Both the position numbers and the translations under genes were made by a program. 64,000 nt of DNA, from contig DATHTO010000020.1 in NCBI GenBank assembly GCA_035463115.1, forward strand, positions 9,316 to 73,315, written 5' to 3'. The stretch's first letter is position 1. Every line of letters starts with the position of its first letter. Below are positions 1-8,365 of this stretch, piece after piece. The DNA comes from Actinomycetota bacterium. Its GTDB lineage: Bacteria > Actinomycetota > UBA4738 > HRBIN12. The notes beneath the pieces were generated by a model, which was not told the DNA's origin, did no database searches, and was given only the letters and a program-made list of their open reading frames with translations.

Positions 1-64
1 CGGGGAGCGCGTGGAGACGGCTGTGTCCGTGGTAGTAGAGCGCGTGCGCGTGTGCGCCGCTCAT
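1..64 (-). CDS. possible ECF transporter T component (CbiQ-like), 5' fragment only; continues past window start
   Basis: ATG at 64-62 overlaps the TGA of the upstream PDGLE gene (ATGA). The translation MSGAHAHALYYHGHSRLHALP is in the expected position after cbiM-cbiN/PDGLE. Only 21 codons are visible. Confidence 0.25.
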   Translation of the reverse strand, partial: MSGAHAHALYYHGHSRLHALP

Positions 65-414
65 GCGGGAGGGGCCGCGGCTCCGCTCGCGTTCGCGCGA
101 CGCCCGCGGATCGTCCGGATCGTGGCGAACAGCAGCGCGCCGACGCCGAAGGTGAGCACGACGCCGACGATCCCCGCGAGCCCGGTCGCGAGACCCTCGT
201 CGTCGACACCCTCGACGCCGTACTCGGCGAAGGTGGAGTCGCCCAGGGCGTGATCCCGCGCGGACCCATCGAAGCCCTGGTCGATCGAGACCTTCTCGAG
301 ACCGTCGGGCGAGCTGCTCGCGAGCGGACCGACGAAGAACGCCAACCCGAGCGACACGAGGAGCCCGCCGGCGATGAACAGGCCGATCGTCGTCCTCGAC
401 GTCGTGCGGGCCAT
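61..414 (-). CDS. PDGLE-domain membrane protein (CbiN-replacing partner of CbiM)
   Basis: 117 aa. Has two TM segments flanking a SSPDGLEKVSIDQGF motif (PDGLE domain). Its ATG at 414-412 overlaps the cbiM TGA (ATGA). Confidence 0.6.
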   Translation of the reverse strand: MARTTSRTTIGLFIAGGLLVSLGLAFFVGPLASSSPDGLEKVSIDQGFDGSARDHALGDSTFAEYGVEGVDDEGLATGLAGIVGVVLTFGVGALLFATIRTIRGRRANASGAAAPPA

Positions 415-1112
415 CACCGGCCTCCCGTCGCGACGGTCGATGGTGGCAGCACCGTGGGCGTCGGCCGCAGATCGCGGGCGCCGTAGACGAGATCGGACCG
501 GGCGGCGAGCACCGCGGCGACGGTCAACGCGGTGAGCAGCCCCTCGCCGACGCCGATCAACGCGTGGACGCCCACCATCGCCGCGAACACCGTCGACAGA
601 TCCACGCCCGTCGTGCCGCCGATCGAGTACTCGGCCCAGAAGGCGATCGAGGCGAGCACCACCGAGATGCCGGCGGCGATCCCCGACGCGAGCACGACGC
701 TCGGACGCGTGCGAGGGAGCACGGCGCGGAGGGCGGCGAAGACCGCGTAGCCACCGATCCCGCCGACGAACGACATGTTCAGCACGTTCAGACCGAGCGC
801 CGACAGGCCGCCGTCGGCGAACACGAGCGCCTGGATCAACAGGACGAGGGCGACGCACACCGCTCCCGTCCAGGGTCCGACCAGGACGGCCGCAAGCACG
901 CCGCCGAGGAGGTGCCCGCTCGTGCCCGCGGCGACCGGGAAGTTCAGCATCTGCAGGGCGAAGACGTACGCCGCGACGAGGCCCGCGAGCGGCGCCGCGC
1001 GGTCCTCGAGCTCGTTCGCGGCCTTCCGGACGGCGACCGCGATGCCTGTGAGCGTCGCGGCGCCGGCCGCGACGGAGACGGGAGCGTTGATGAATCCGTC
1101 AGGGATGTGCAT
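414..1112 (-). CDS. cbiM: cobalt ECF transporter substrate-specific component CbiM
   Basis: N-terminus MHIPDGFINAPVS is the CbiM/NikM hallmark. It is a polytopic membrane protein of 232 aa. Confidence 0.85.
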   Translation of the reverse strand: MHIPDGFINAPVSVAAGAATLTGIAVAVRKAANELEDRAAPLAGLVAAYVFALQMLNFPVAAGTSGHLLGGVLAAVLVGPWTGAVCVALVLLIQALVFADGGLSALGLNVLNMSFVGGIGGYAVFAALRAVLPRTRPSVVLASGIAAGISVVLASIAFWAEYSIGGTTGVDLSTVFAAMVGVHALIGVGEGLLTALTVAAVLAARSDLVYGARDLRPTPTVLPPSTVATGGR

Positions 1113-1227
1113 GTCGCCCTCCGTCGCGGTGAAGCGTCAGGTTGCAGTTGCAAGTCGCTGCATCAAGCCCGCATGGCGAATCTACGAGCGTCCGCGAGAT
1201 GCGTCAAGCGGCGGCCCGCAGGCGAGC

Positions 1228-2880
1228 TCAGAACGAGGCAGCTTCTCGCCAGGTCCCGAAGACGGCCTGGAGGGCGGCAACGGTCTCGCCTTCGGTGCAC
1301 CGCGCCCGCGCACACGCGATCAGCGGTCGGATCAGGTCCGCGTCGTCGTCGCGGGCCGCCGCCACGAGCTCCGCGAGCGCACGCTCCGCCGCGGCCTCGT
1401 CGCGTTCGGACCGCGTGCGGGCGACGGCCTCGCGCTGCGCGACCTCGGTGGAGAAGGGGATCTCGAGCACCGGCACGACCTCGTCGGCATCCTCGACGAA
1501 GCGGTTCACGCCCACCTGCACGAGCTCGCCCGCTTCGAACCGCCGCTGTTCCTCGAACGACGCCTCAGCGATCTCCTTCACGATCCACCCCGTCTCGACG
1601 CCGCGCAGCACGCCTTCGAGCATGGACCCCTCCCCCATCCGTTCGAGCTGCGCGAAGATCTCCTCGGCACGCTCCTCGATCCGATCCGTCAGCGACTCGA
1701 CGAGGAACGAGCCACCCAGGGGGTCGGCCACGTCGGCGACGCCGGTCTCGTACGCGATCACCTGTTGGGTCCGCAGCGCGAGCGTCGCCGCCTCTTCGGT
1801 CGGAAGCGCCAGGACCTCGTCGAGGGCGTTCGTGTGGAGCGACTGCGTCCCTCCGAGGACGGCGGCGAGCGCCTCGATCGCGGTGCGGACGACGTTGTTC
1901 GACGCCTGTTGGGCCGTGAGCGAGACCCCCGCGGTCTGCGTGTGGAACCGCAGGCGCTGGGCGTTCGGATCGGTGACGCCGTACCGGTCGCGGAGCCACC
2001 GCGCCCAGATCCGTCGCGCCGCTCGGAACTTCGCCACCTCTTCGAACAGGTCGATGTGGGCGTCGAAGAAGAACGAGAGGCCCGGCGCGAACCGGTTCGG
2101 ATCGAGTCCGCGACCGATGCCGAGCTCGACGTACGCGAACCCGTCAGCCAGCGTGAAGGCGAGCTCCTGCGCCGCCGTCGAGCCCGCCTCGCGGATGTGG
2201 TACCCCGAGACGCTCACGGGATGGAACCTCGGAACGCGCTCGACGCAGAAAGCCATGAGGTCGGCGATCAGCCGGAGGTGCGGCCGGGGCGGGAACAGCC
2301 ATTCCTTCTGCGCCGTGTACTCCTTGAAGATGTCGGTCTGGAGCGTGCCGTCGAGGCGCTCCCAGGGCACCCCCTGGGCCTCGGCGGCCGCCAGGTACGC
2401 GGCGAACAGGATCGGCGCGGGTCCGTTGATCGTCATCGAGACGGAGACGTCGTCGAGCGGGATGCCGTCGAACAGCACGATCACGTCGTCGAGCGAGTCG
2501 GTCGCGACGCCGCACCGTCCGACCTCGCCCTCGGCGCGCGGATCGTCGGAATCGAGCCCCATCAACGTCGGCATGTCGAAGGCCACCGACAGGCCGGTCT
2601 GCCCGCGGTCGAGCAGCAGGCGGTACCGGGCGTTCGTCTCCGCAGGCGTGCCGTAGCCGGCGAACTGCCGCATCGTCCACAGCCGGCCGCGGTACATCGA
2701 GCCGTAGACGCCGCGCGTGTACGGGAACGATCCGGGGACCCCGAGGTCGCGTTCCGCGTCGAACCCGTCCGGGACGTCGCGGTAGACGGCGTCGAGCGGT
2801 TCACCGGATCGCGTCGCGTTCCGCGTGGGCTCGTCCTGGCCCGTGGCGCCTCCTCGTCTTCGGCCGAGCGCGATCGTCAG
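1228..2880 (-). CDS. methylmalonyl-CoA mutase family, catalytic (substrate-binding barrel) subunit without a B12-binding domain; start codon unresolved
   Basis: Carries the FPYTRGVYGSMYRGRLWTMRQFAGYGTPAETNARYRLLLDRGQTGLSVAFDMPT and TAQQASNNVVRTAIEALAAVLGGTQSLHTNALDEVLALPT motifs of MCM alpha. It ends without a DxHxxG cobalamin-binding domain. No ATG/GTG/TTG lies in frame between the meaB stop (2877) and the conserved N-terminus. Confidence 0.8.
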   Translation of the reverse strand: MTIALGRRRGGATGQDEPTRNATRSGEPLDAVYRDVPDGFDAERDLGVPGSFPYTRGVYGSMYRGRLWTMRQFAGYGTPAETNARYRLLLDRGQTGLSVAFDMPTLMGLDSDDPRAEGEVGRCGVATDSLDDVIVLFDGIPLDDVSVSMTINGPAPILFAAYLAAAEAQGVPWERLDGTLQTDIFKEYTAQKEWLFPPRPHLRLIADLMAFCVERVPRFHPVSVSGYHIREAGSTAAQELAFTLADGFAYVELGIGRGLDPNRFAPGLSFFFDAHIDLFEEVAKFRAARRIWARWLRDRYGVTDPNAQRLRFHTQTAGVSLTAQQASNNVVRTAIEALAAVLGGTQSLHTNALDEVLALPTEEAATLALRTQQVIAYETGVADVADPLGGSFLVESLTDRIEERAEEIFAQLERMGEGSMLEGVLRGVETGWIVKEIAEASFEEQRRFEAGELVQVGVNRFVEDADEVVPVLEIPFSTEVAQREAVARTRSERDEAAAERALAELVAAARDDDADLIRPLIACARARCTEGETVAALQAVFGTWREAASF

Positions 2881-3818
2881 CGCTCGGCGAGCCGTCCCTC
2901 CAGGATAGAGGCAGCGCGGTAGGGATCCACCCGGCGGTGTTCCAGGTCGGCGAGCAGCGCGCCGTCGGCGTCCAACGAGGCGCCGACGCGCCCCCGGAGC
3001 CGCGCGCCGGCGAGACCCTCCACCTCGCGGCGGAGGCGGGCGCGACGCTTCGCGTCGAGCCCGCCGGACCCGCGGAGCCACCTCCGGTGCGCCTCGACGG
3101 CCTCCCAGAGGCCGTCGAGGCCCTCCCCGAGCGTGGCGGTCGTCGTCACGACCGGCGGGGTCCAGTCGCGCGCGGCGCCGAGATGGAGCATCTGCTCGAG
3201 GTCGCGCACGACCTGGGCGACGCCGTCCCGGTCGGCCTTGTTGACGACGAAGACGTCGGCCACCTCCAGGATCCCCGCCTTCGCGATCTGGACGGCATCG
3301 CCGAAGCCGGGCGCCAGGGCGACGACCGTCGTGTCGGTCGCCGCGGCGACGTCGACCTCCGCCTGTCCGACCCCGACGGTCTCGACCACGATCAGCTCGT
3401 AGCCCGCGGCGTCGAGGATCCGAACCGCTTCGGGCGCCGCCAGCGCCATGCCGCCGAGGTGCCCGCGCGTCGCCATCGAGCGGATGAAGACCTCCGGGTC
3501 CGTCGCGTGCTCCTGCATCCGGACGCGGTCGCCGAGGAGCGCCCCGCCCGTGTACGGCGACGTCGGATCCACCGCGAGCACGGCGGCCCGGATGCCGTCG
3601 GCGCGCGCGCGCCGGACGAGCGCCGCAGCGATCGTCGACTTGCCGACGCCCGGCGGGCCGGTCAACCCGATCGTCGCGGCGTCGCCCGTGCGCGAGAAGA
3701 TGCCGGCCGAGAGCGCGGGCAACTCGTCGCCTCCGTCCTCGACGAGCGAGATCGCCCGCGCCACGGCGCGGCGCTCGCCCGCGAGCACGCCGGCGATCAG
3801 GGCGTCCACGTCCACCAC
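2877..3818 (-). CDS. meaB: methylmalonyl-CoA mutase-associated G-protein chaperone MeaB/ArgK
   Basis: 313 aa. P-loop GPPGVGKST, and VVNKADRDG (NKxD) motif. Confidence 0.85.
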   Translation of the reverse strand: MVDVDALIAGVLAGERRAVARAISLVEDGGDELPALSAGIFSRTGDAATIGLTGPPGVGKSTIAAALVRRARADGIRAAVLAVDPTSPYTGGALLGDRVRMQEHATDPEVFIRSMATRGHLGGMALAAPEAVRILDAAGYELIVVETVGVGQAEVDVAAATDTTVVALAPGFGDAVQIAKAGILEVADVFVVNKADRDGVAQVVRDLEQMLHLGAARDWTPPVVTTTATLGEGLDGLWEAVEAHRRWLRGSGGLDAKRRARLRREVEGLAGARLRGRVGASLDADGALLADLEHRRVDPYRAASILEGRLAER

Positions 3819-3824
3819 GGCAGC

Positions 3825-5117
3825 CTATCGGCCGTGCCCTGCGGGCCGGCCCGGCCGGCTCGGGTCCCACGCGCCGGCACCCGGGCGGTCCGACGACGCG
3901 AGGTCGTGAGCGACGGCGGTTCCGGCGCCCGGGATCGCGTCGAGCGCCAGCCGCAGCGACCGGCACCGCGAGCGCTGCGCCTGGACGGCCCGGCCTTCGA
4001 CGGCCCGGCCTCCGAGGGGCCGGGCGTCGCCGCCGGCGTGGCTCACCAGCATCGCCAGCGTGATCTCCTCGCGATGCAGCCGCGCGAGGAGCCGGGCGGC
4101 CGTCGGGCCCGCCCGACGGCGCATCGCGCGCACGGCTCGGCGCCGTCCTCCCGGGACCGCGAGGACCGCGGCGTCCTCGGGTGTCAGCGCGTCGCCTCGC
4201 GCCGCGACCGTCAAGGCGTTCGCGAGCCACCGCCGTTCGCGGCGGTGCGCGAGCGCGACGGCGACCACGACGACGAGCGCGAGCGGCGCGGCGCGGACGA
4301 CGGCGGCGGTGGCGACGGCGACCCACTCCACGCCCTCGACCGGCGCCGCGGGATAGAGCGACGCCAGGAAGGGCGAGTTCCACAGCGCGTGCCCGGCGAT
4401 GCCGAGCACGCAGAGCGCGATCGCGATCGGGACGCGGCGTCGCGTCGGGACGCCCTCACGCCGGGAGACGACGAACCCGAGCGCCATGCCGATCAGCCCC
4501 GTGTACAGGACGTGCCCGTACAGACCGCTCGCGAGCACGCGCGCGGCGAACCCTTCGGCGATCGCGCCGACGGACCCGCCGAACGTGGCGACGAAGTAGA
4601 CGACGTCCTCCACCACGGCGAACCCGAGCCCGCAGACGGCGCCGTAGACGAACCCGTCCATCACGTCGTCGATCTCGTCCCGCGCGATCGCGGCGAGGAG
4701 GACGAGTCCCGCGCCCTTCAGGACCTCCTCGAGCACGGGTGCGACCACCACCGGCGACCACCGTGCGCCCGCGTCGGCGCCGACGACCGTCGTGAACACC
4801 TCGGTCCACGCCGACGCGTCGAGCGACAGGGCCGTCGCCGCGAACGCGCCCCACGCGAACGCACCCAGCATCATGGACACCGGCTCGCGCTCGTAGAGGT
4901 CCAGCTCGTACACGAGCACGAACGCCGGCAGCGCGTAGACGACGACGAGCAGACCGGCGAGCGCCCACGCCGATGACGCGATCCCGGCGAGGTCGAGCAG
5001 CGCGGCCGCGACGCGGACGATCCCGTAGGCGATGAACGCGCCGAACACCCAGAAGGCGGGTTCGCTCGGCTGGAACACCGATCGATGGCCGAACCGGACG
5101 GCGGCGGGCGCGATCAC
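3825..5117 (-). CDS. prsW: PrsW-family intramembrane metalloprotease
   Basis: Multi-TM protein with the VLEEVLKGAG (EExxK), FVYGAVCGLGFAVVED and GHALWN motifs. Its GTG start at 5117 overlaps the upstream TGA (GTGA), and GGAG lies 9 nt upstream. Confidence 0.65.
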   Translation of the reverse strand: MIAPAAVRFGHRSVFQPSEPAFWVFGAFIAYGIVRVAAALLDLAGIASSAWALAGLLVVVYALPAFVLVYELDLYEREPVSMMLGAFAWGAFAATALSLDASAWTEVFTTVVGADAGARWSPVVVAPVLEEVLKGAGLVLLAAIARDEIDDVMDGFVYGAVCGLGFAVVEDVVYFVATFGGSVGAIAEGFAARVLASGLYGHVLYTGLIGMALGFVVSRREGVPTRRRVPIAIALCVLGIAGHALWNSPFLASLYPAAPVEGVEWVAVATAAVVRAAPLALVVVVAVALAHRRERRWLANALTVAARGDALTPEDAAVLAVPGGRRRAVRAMRRRAGPTAARLLARLHREEITLAMLVSHAGGDARPLGGRAVEGRAVQAQRSRCRSLRLALDAIPGAGTAVAHDLASSDRPGAGAWDPSRPGRPAGHGR

Positions 5118-5680
5118 GCCACGCGCGCTCCGGCCGCCATCGCGGCGATGTCGGCGGCCACCGAGGCGAGCACGCTCTCGGGCGCGGTGGCTTCGATGAC
5201 GAGGCCCGCGCCGCTCGGGCCGACGGTCGCGAGCACGACGCCTTCGACCGGTGCGCGAGCCGCGGACCGGCCGACGTAGACCAGGCGGAGACCCGGGAGC
5301 CCGCCCACGGCGAACGACGTGACATCGGTCGTGGCGAGGTGGAGGAGACGCGGCGCGAGCACGCCGTCCTCGTACACCGCCATCAGCGTCGGGAGGTCGA
5401 CCCCAGCGTCGGCGAACGCGGTGACGACGACGACCGCGCTCCCCTTCGTGAGGACCGAGCGCGACGTGTCGTCGTCGGGCCGCCGATCGTCGGCGTCCAC
5501 CGTCCAGCCGCGAGGAGGGTGGACCGTCGCGACCGACGGGATCCCGACCGGTGCGCCGGCGGCATCCTGCACGGCGGCCGCGACGACACGGCCGCCGACG
5601 GTCAGCGCCACGATCGTCAGTGTGACGGCCACCGCCGGTCCCCATCCGTGCGGTCGGAACGCACGATCGACGTCGGTCAT
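5114..5680 (-). CDS. hypothetical single-pass membrane protein
   Basis: 189 aa. One N-terminal TM (AVAVTLTIVALTVGG) followed by a Gly/Ala/Val-rich extracytoplasmic domain. Coupled to the downstream prsW (GTGA) and the upstream SCP2-like gene (ATGA). Confidence 0.4.
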   Translation of the reverse strand: MTDVDRAFRPHGWGPAVAVTLTIVALTVGGRVVAAAVQDAAGAPVGIPSVATVHPPRGWTVDADDRRPDDDTSRSVLTKGSAVVVVTAFADAGVDLPTLMAVYEDGVLAPRLLHLATTDVTSFAVGGLPGLRLVYVGRSAARAPVEGVVLATVGPSGAGLVIEATAPESVLASVAADIAAMAAGARVA

Positions 5681-6078
5681 CGCGCCGAGAGCAACGACGT
5701 CAGCCGGCGCACGTCGCCGAGGTGTCGCACGATGCCGCGCACCCTGATGCGGCCGGTGAGCAGATCGAGGACGACGGCCCGTCCTTCGCGCGACACCACG
5801 TCTGGGAGACCGGAGCGGAGCGGGACCGACGCGAGCGCGAGCACGCGCATCCCGTCGGCGCGTACCCGAACCGGCGCGCGCGGATCGTCGCCGTCGCACA
5901 CCACGACGTCGCCCCGTCCGATCCGGAGCGACGCGAGGACGGCCGCATCCGGCACCTCGATCACCGCGCGGAGGGGTCGGCGGAGCAGCTGCCTGCGTGC
6001 GGGATCGCGCGCGAGGTTCTGCGCGATCAGGTCGTCGAGCATCGCCGCCAGGCCCGCGTCACCGTGGGCGCCGGTCAC
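5677..6078 (-). CDS. SCP2-like (sterol-carrier/lipid-binding fold) protein
   Basis: C-terminal LLTGRIRVRGIVRHLGDV resembles the SCP2 MMxGKLKVKGDL motif. Its GTG at 6078 overlaps the TGA of the upstream ADH gene. Confidence 0.45.
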   Translation of the reverse strand: MTGAHGDAGLAAMLDDLIAQNLARDPARRQLLRRPLRAVIEVPDAAVLASLRIGRGDVVVCDGDDPRAPVRVRADGMRVLALASVPLRSGLPDVVSREGRAVVLDLLTGRIRVRGIVRHLGDVRRLTSLLSAR

Positions 6079-7112
6079 GGCGTCAGGATCACCTTCGTCG
6101 CCTCGCGACGATCGAACAGTTCGTAGCCGCGCTGCGCCTCGTCGAGCGCCAGTCGATGCGAGACGAGCACCGTCGGATCGAGGCGCCCGGTCGCGACGTC
6201 GTCCATCGTCGCATCCCAATGCGCGTGGATCGGGCAGACACCGGCGAACCGGAGGTCGAGGCCGCGGATCCAGTACGTCCCCAGTTGCAGGTCGATCGTC
6301 TCCCCCGCGTACATCCCCGCCACCACGACCCTGCCGCCGCGCCTCGTGACGTCGACGGCGGTGGCGAACGCCGACGGAGACCCGACGGCGTCGATCGCCA
6401 CATCGGCGCCGCGGTCACCCGTCACGGACGCCAGCGCCATCTGCGGGTTGCGCCGGTCGACGTGGACCGGTGCGGCGCCCCAGCCCTCCGCTGCTGCGAG
6501 ACGAGCGTCCTCACGGTCCAGCGCCACGACCGCGGCGCCCGTCCGGACGAGCGCTTGGGCGACGAGAAGCCCCACCGGCCCTGCCCCGACGACGGCAACC
6601 GTCTCGTCGGCCGTTGGGGCGGCGAGACCCGCGACGTAGCGCGCGGTCGTCGCGATGTCCGCGACGAACACGGCACGCTCGTCGTCGACCTCGTCGGGGA
6701 TGGCGAGCAGGTTGACGTCGGCGTGGGGCACGCGGAGGCGTTCCGCCTGCGTGCCGGGGAGCTCGCCGCCGAACAGCCCCGTCCCGAAGATCGCCGCCTC
6801 GTCGCAGAGCGCCGACCGCCCGTTGCGGCAGAACCAGCACGCGCCGCACGCGACGGTGAACGAGGCGACCACCCGGTCGCCCGGACGGAACCGCGTCACC
6901 CGCGGACCGACGTCCTCGACGACGCCGACGGCCTCGTGGCCCATCGGCTCCCCCGGATACAAGGGCGCCTTGCCGTGGAAGAAGTGCATGTCGGAGCCGC
7001 AGATCGCGGCGCGGGTCACGCCGATCAGGGCGTCGTCGTCGCGTTCGAGCGTCGGATCGGGAACGTCGTCGACGCGGACCTGCCCGACGTCGGCATACAC
7101 GACCGCGCGCAC
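6075..7112 (-). CDS. zinc-dependent alcohol dehydrogenase (MDR family)
   Basis: 345 aa. GHEAVGVVEDVG, structural-Zn CGACWFC and the Rossmann VVGAGPVGLLVAQ motif. Confidence 0.85.
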   Translation of the reverse strand: MRAVVYADVGQVRVDDVPDPTLERDDDALIGVTRAAICGSDMHFFHGKAPLYPGEPMGHEAVGVVEDVGPRVTRFRPGDRVVASFTVACGACWFCRNGRSALCDEAAIFGTGLFGGELPGTQAERLRVPHADVNLLAIPDEVDDERAVFVADIATTARYVAGLAAPTADETVAVVGAGPVGLLVAQALVRTGAAVVALDREDARLAAAEGWGAAPVHVDRRNPQMALASVTGDRGADVAIDAVGSPSAFATAVDVTRRGGRVVVAGMYAGETIDLQLGTYWIRGLDLRFAGVCPIHAHWDATMDDVATGRLDPTVLVSHRLALDEAQRGYELFDRREATKVILTP

Positions 7113-7125
7113 GGTCCCCTCCTCG

Positions 7126-7569
7126 TCAGTCCTCGTCCGGGAACTCGGTCGGCACCTCGCCGGTCAGCCGGACGAGCTCGTTCGCGGCGCGGACCTGCCG
7201 GACGATCGTCGGAAGGTCGCCCCGCACCCGCAGCTTGCCCTGCATCATCGCGCGGATCGGGTCCAGGTCGCCGAGCACCACGTCCTTCCATCGGCTGTAG
7301 GGCGCCGCGAGCACGTACGCGCACGCGGGGCCGTCCTCGGCGGCGATCGGGCCGCCGGCACGGCAGGCGCCGTGCCACAGGTCGAGCCGCGCCCACACGT
7401 CGTCGGGAACGTTCCGGTCGGGCTCGGCCTCGACGAGGAAGGCGATGTCCCCCTCCCAGTCCTTCGCGGCCTCCCGATACTCCGAGGAACCGTTGATCAG
7501 GCCGGCGAACGCATCGAACCACTCCTGGCTGAGGAACGCCGCCATCAACGACCCGGGCGGCTCAGCCAC
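7126..7569 (-). CDS. SCP2 sterol-binding domain protein
   Basis: AMMQGKLRVRGDLPTIVRQV canonical SCP2 C-terminus. An alternative start lies at the second Met (7545). Confidence 0.7.
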   Translation of the reverse strand: MAEPPGSLMAAFLSQEWFDAFAGLINGSSEYREAAKDWEGDIAFLVEAEPDRNVPDDVWARLDLWHGACRAGGPIAAEDGPACAYVLAAPYSRWKDVVLGDLDPIRAMMQGKLRVRGDLPTIVRQVRAANELVRLTGEVPTEFPDED

Positions 7570-8365
7570 CCACCCCCGACAGGATCAACACGAGCCCGAT
7601 CGCGTTGAAGACCATGTGCGCGGCGATCGGTGCGAGCAGGCTCTGACGCCGCTCGTAGATCCACGCGAGCCCGATGCCGGTGGCGGTCATCACGATCGGC
7701 AGGACGAGCGCGTCGGCGAGCGCCTCGTCGACCGGCAGATGCACGAGACCGAACACCACGCCGCTGATGACCGCAGCCGGCCAGAAGCCGCGCCGGTCGG
7801 CCAACCCTCGGAACAGCACGCCTCGGAAGAAGAACTCCTCGGCGATCGGGGCGATCGCGAAGCCGTAGACCACCGCGAGCACGCGGCCGGCACCCGTCAG
7901 GTCGGGCGCGAGCTGGTCGGGCGTGTCGACCGGCCCGCCCGCGACCGTCTCGAGCAGCACGACGACGACGAGGGCGACGCCGAGCGCCACGATCGGATAG
8001 AGGATCAGCCCTGCGACGGCTCCCCACGCGGCGTCGCGCCAGCCCACGCGGCCGGCCCGGATCCCCATGGCGGCCTGCCAGGCGGGGTGACGGATCCGCA
8101 GCCAGAGCCACAGGAGCCCGACGGTGACGAGGGCGACCACGCCGGAGATCAGGAGGACGTCGGCGTCGGCGCCACCGGACATGTCGCCGGGATCGAGGAG
8201 CGCCGAGAGCAGCGGGTACACGACGACGCCGCCCACGACGACGTTCGCGAGGAGCCAGATGCCGAGACCCTCGAGACCGCTCCAGGTGGCCTTCGGGCGC
8301 CCGTCCCGAACGTCGCCACGCGGCGCCGCGTCCACGTCCGGACGCGGCGGGACCGGCAGGCTCAC
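7562..8365 (-). CDS. CPBP/CAAX-type intramembrane metalloprotease
   Basis: Motifs IAEEFFFRG (EExxxR), FGLVHL (FxxxH) and HMVFNAIG (HxxxN). Its GTG at 8365 overlaps the murA TGA. Confidence 0.7.
   Translation of the reverse strand: MSLPVPPRPDVDAAPRGDVRDGRPKATWSGLEGLGIWLLANVVVGGVVVYPLLSALLDPGDMSGGADADVLLISGVVALVTVGLLWLWLRIRHPAWQAAMGIRAGRVGWRDAAWGAVAGLILYPIVALGVALVVVVLLETVAGGPVDTPDQLAPDLTGAGRVLAVVYGFAIAPIAEEFFFRGVLFRGLADRRGFWPAAVISGVVFGLVHLPVDEALADALVLPIVMTATGIGLAWIYERRQSLLAPIAAHMVFNAIGLVLILSGVGG

Noticed and set aside
1113-1227. Cobalamin riboswitch upstream of cbiM
   Set aside because: The intergenic region is only 115 nt and lacks a recognisable B12 box (GCCACUG-like). It contains only an RBS (GGAGGG) and a short TTGCAGTTGCAA repeat. 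Any riboswitch would have to lie upstream of the mutase/meaB genes.
1228-3818. Possible IcmF-like single fused MeaB-mutase polypeptide
   Set aside because: meaB ends with its own TGA at 2877-2879 and the mutase is in a different reading frame. Without evidence for a sequencing frameshift they are treated as two genes.
564-4383. Very long arginine/proline-rich ORFs on alternate frames. Examples are 564-1919 (+), 775-2922 (+), the 1051-aa extension of the mutase frame to 4383, and the similar 758-aa and 2190-aa extensions of glyA and argS.
   Set aside because: Typical stop-codon-poor alternate frames of ~70% GC DNA. They overlap well-supported genes on the other frame or strand and have no recognisable domains. 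Conserved protein regions begin only at the downstream starts chosen above.
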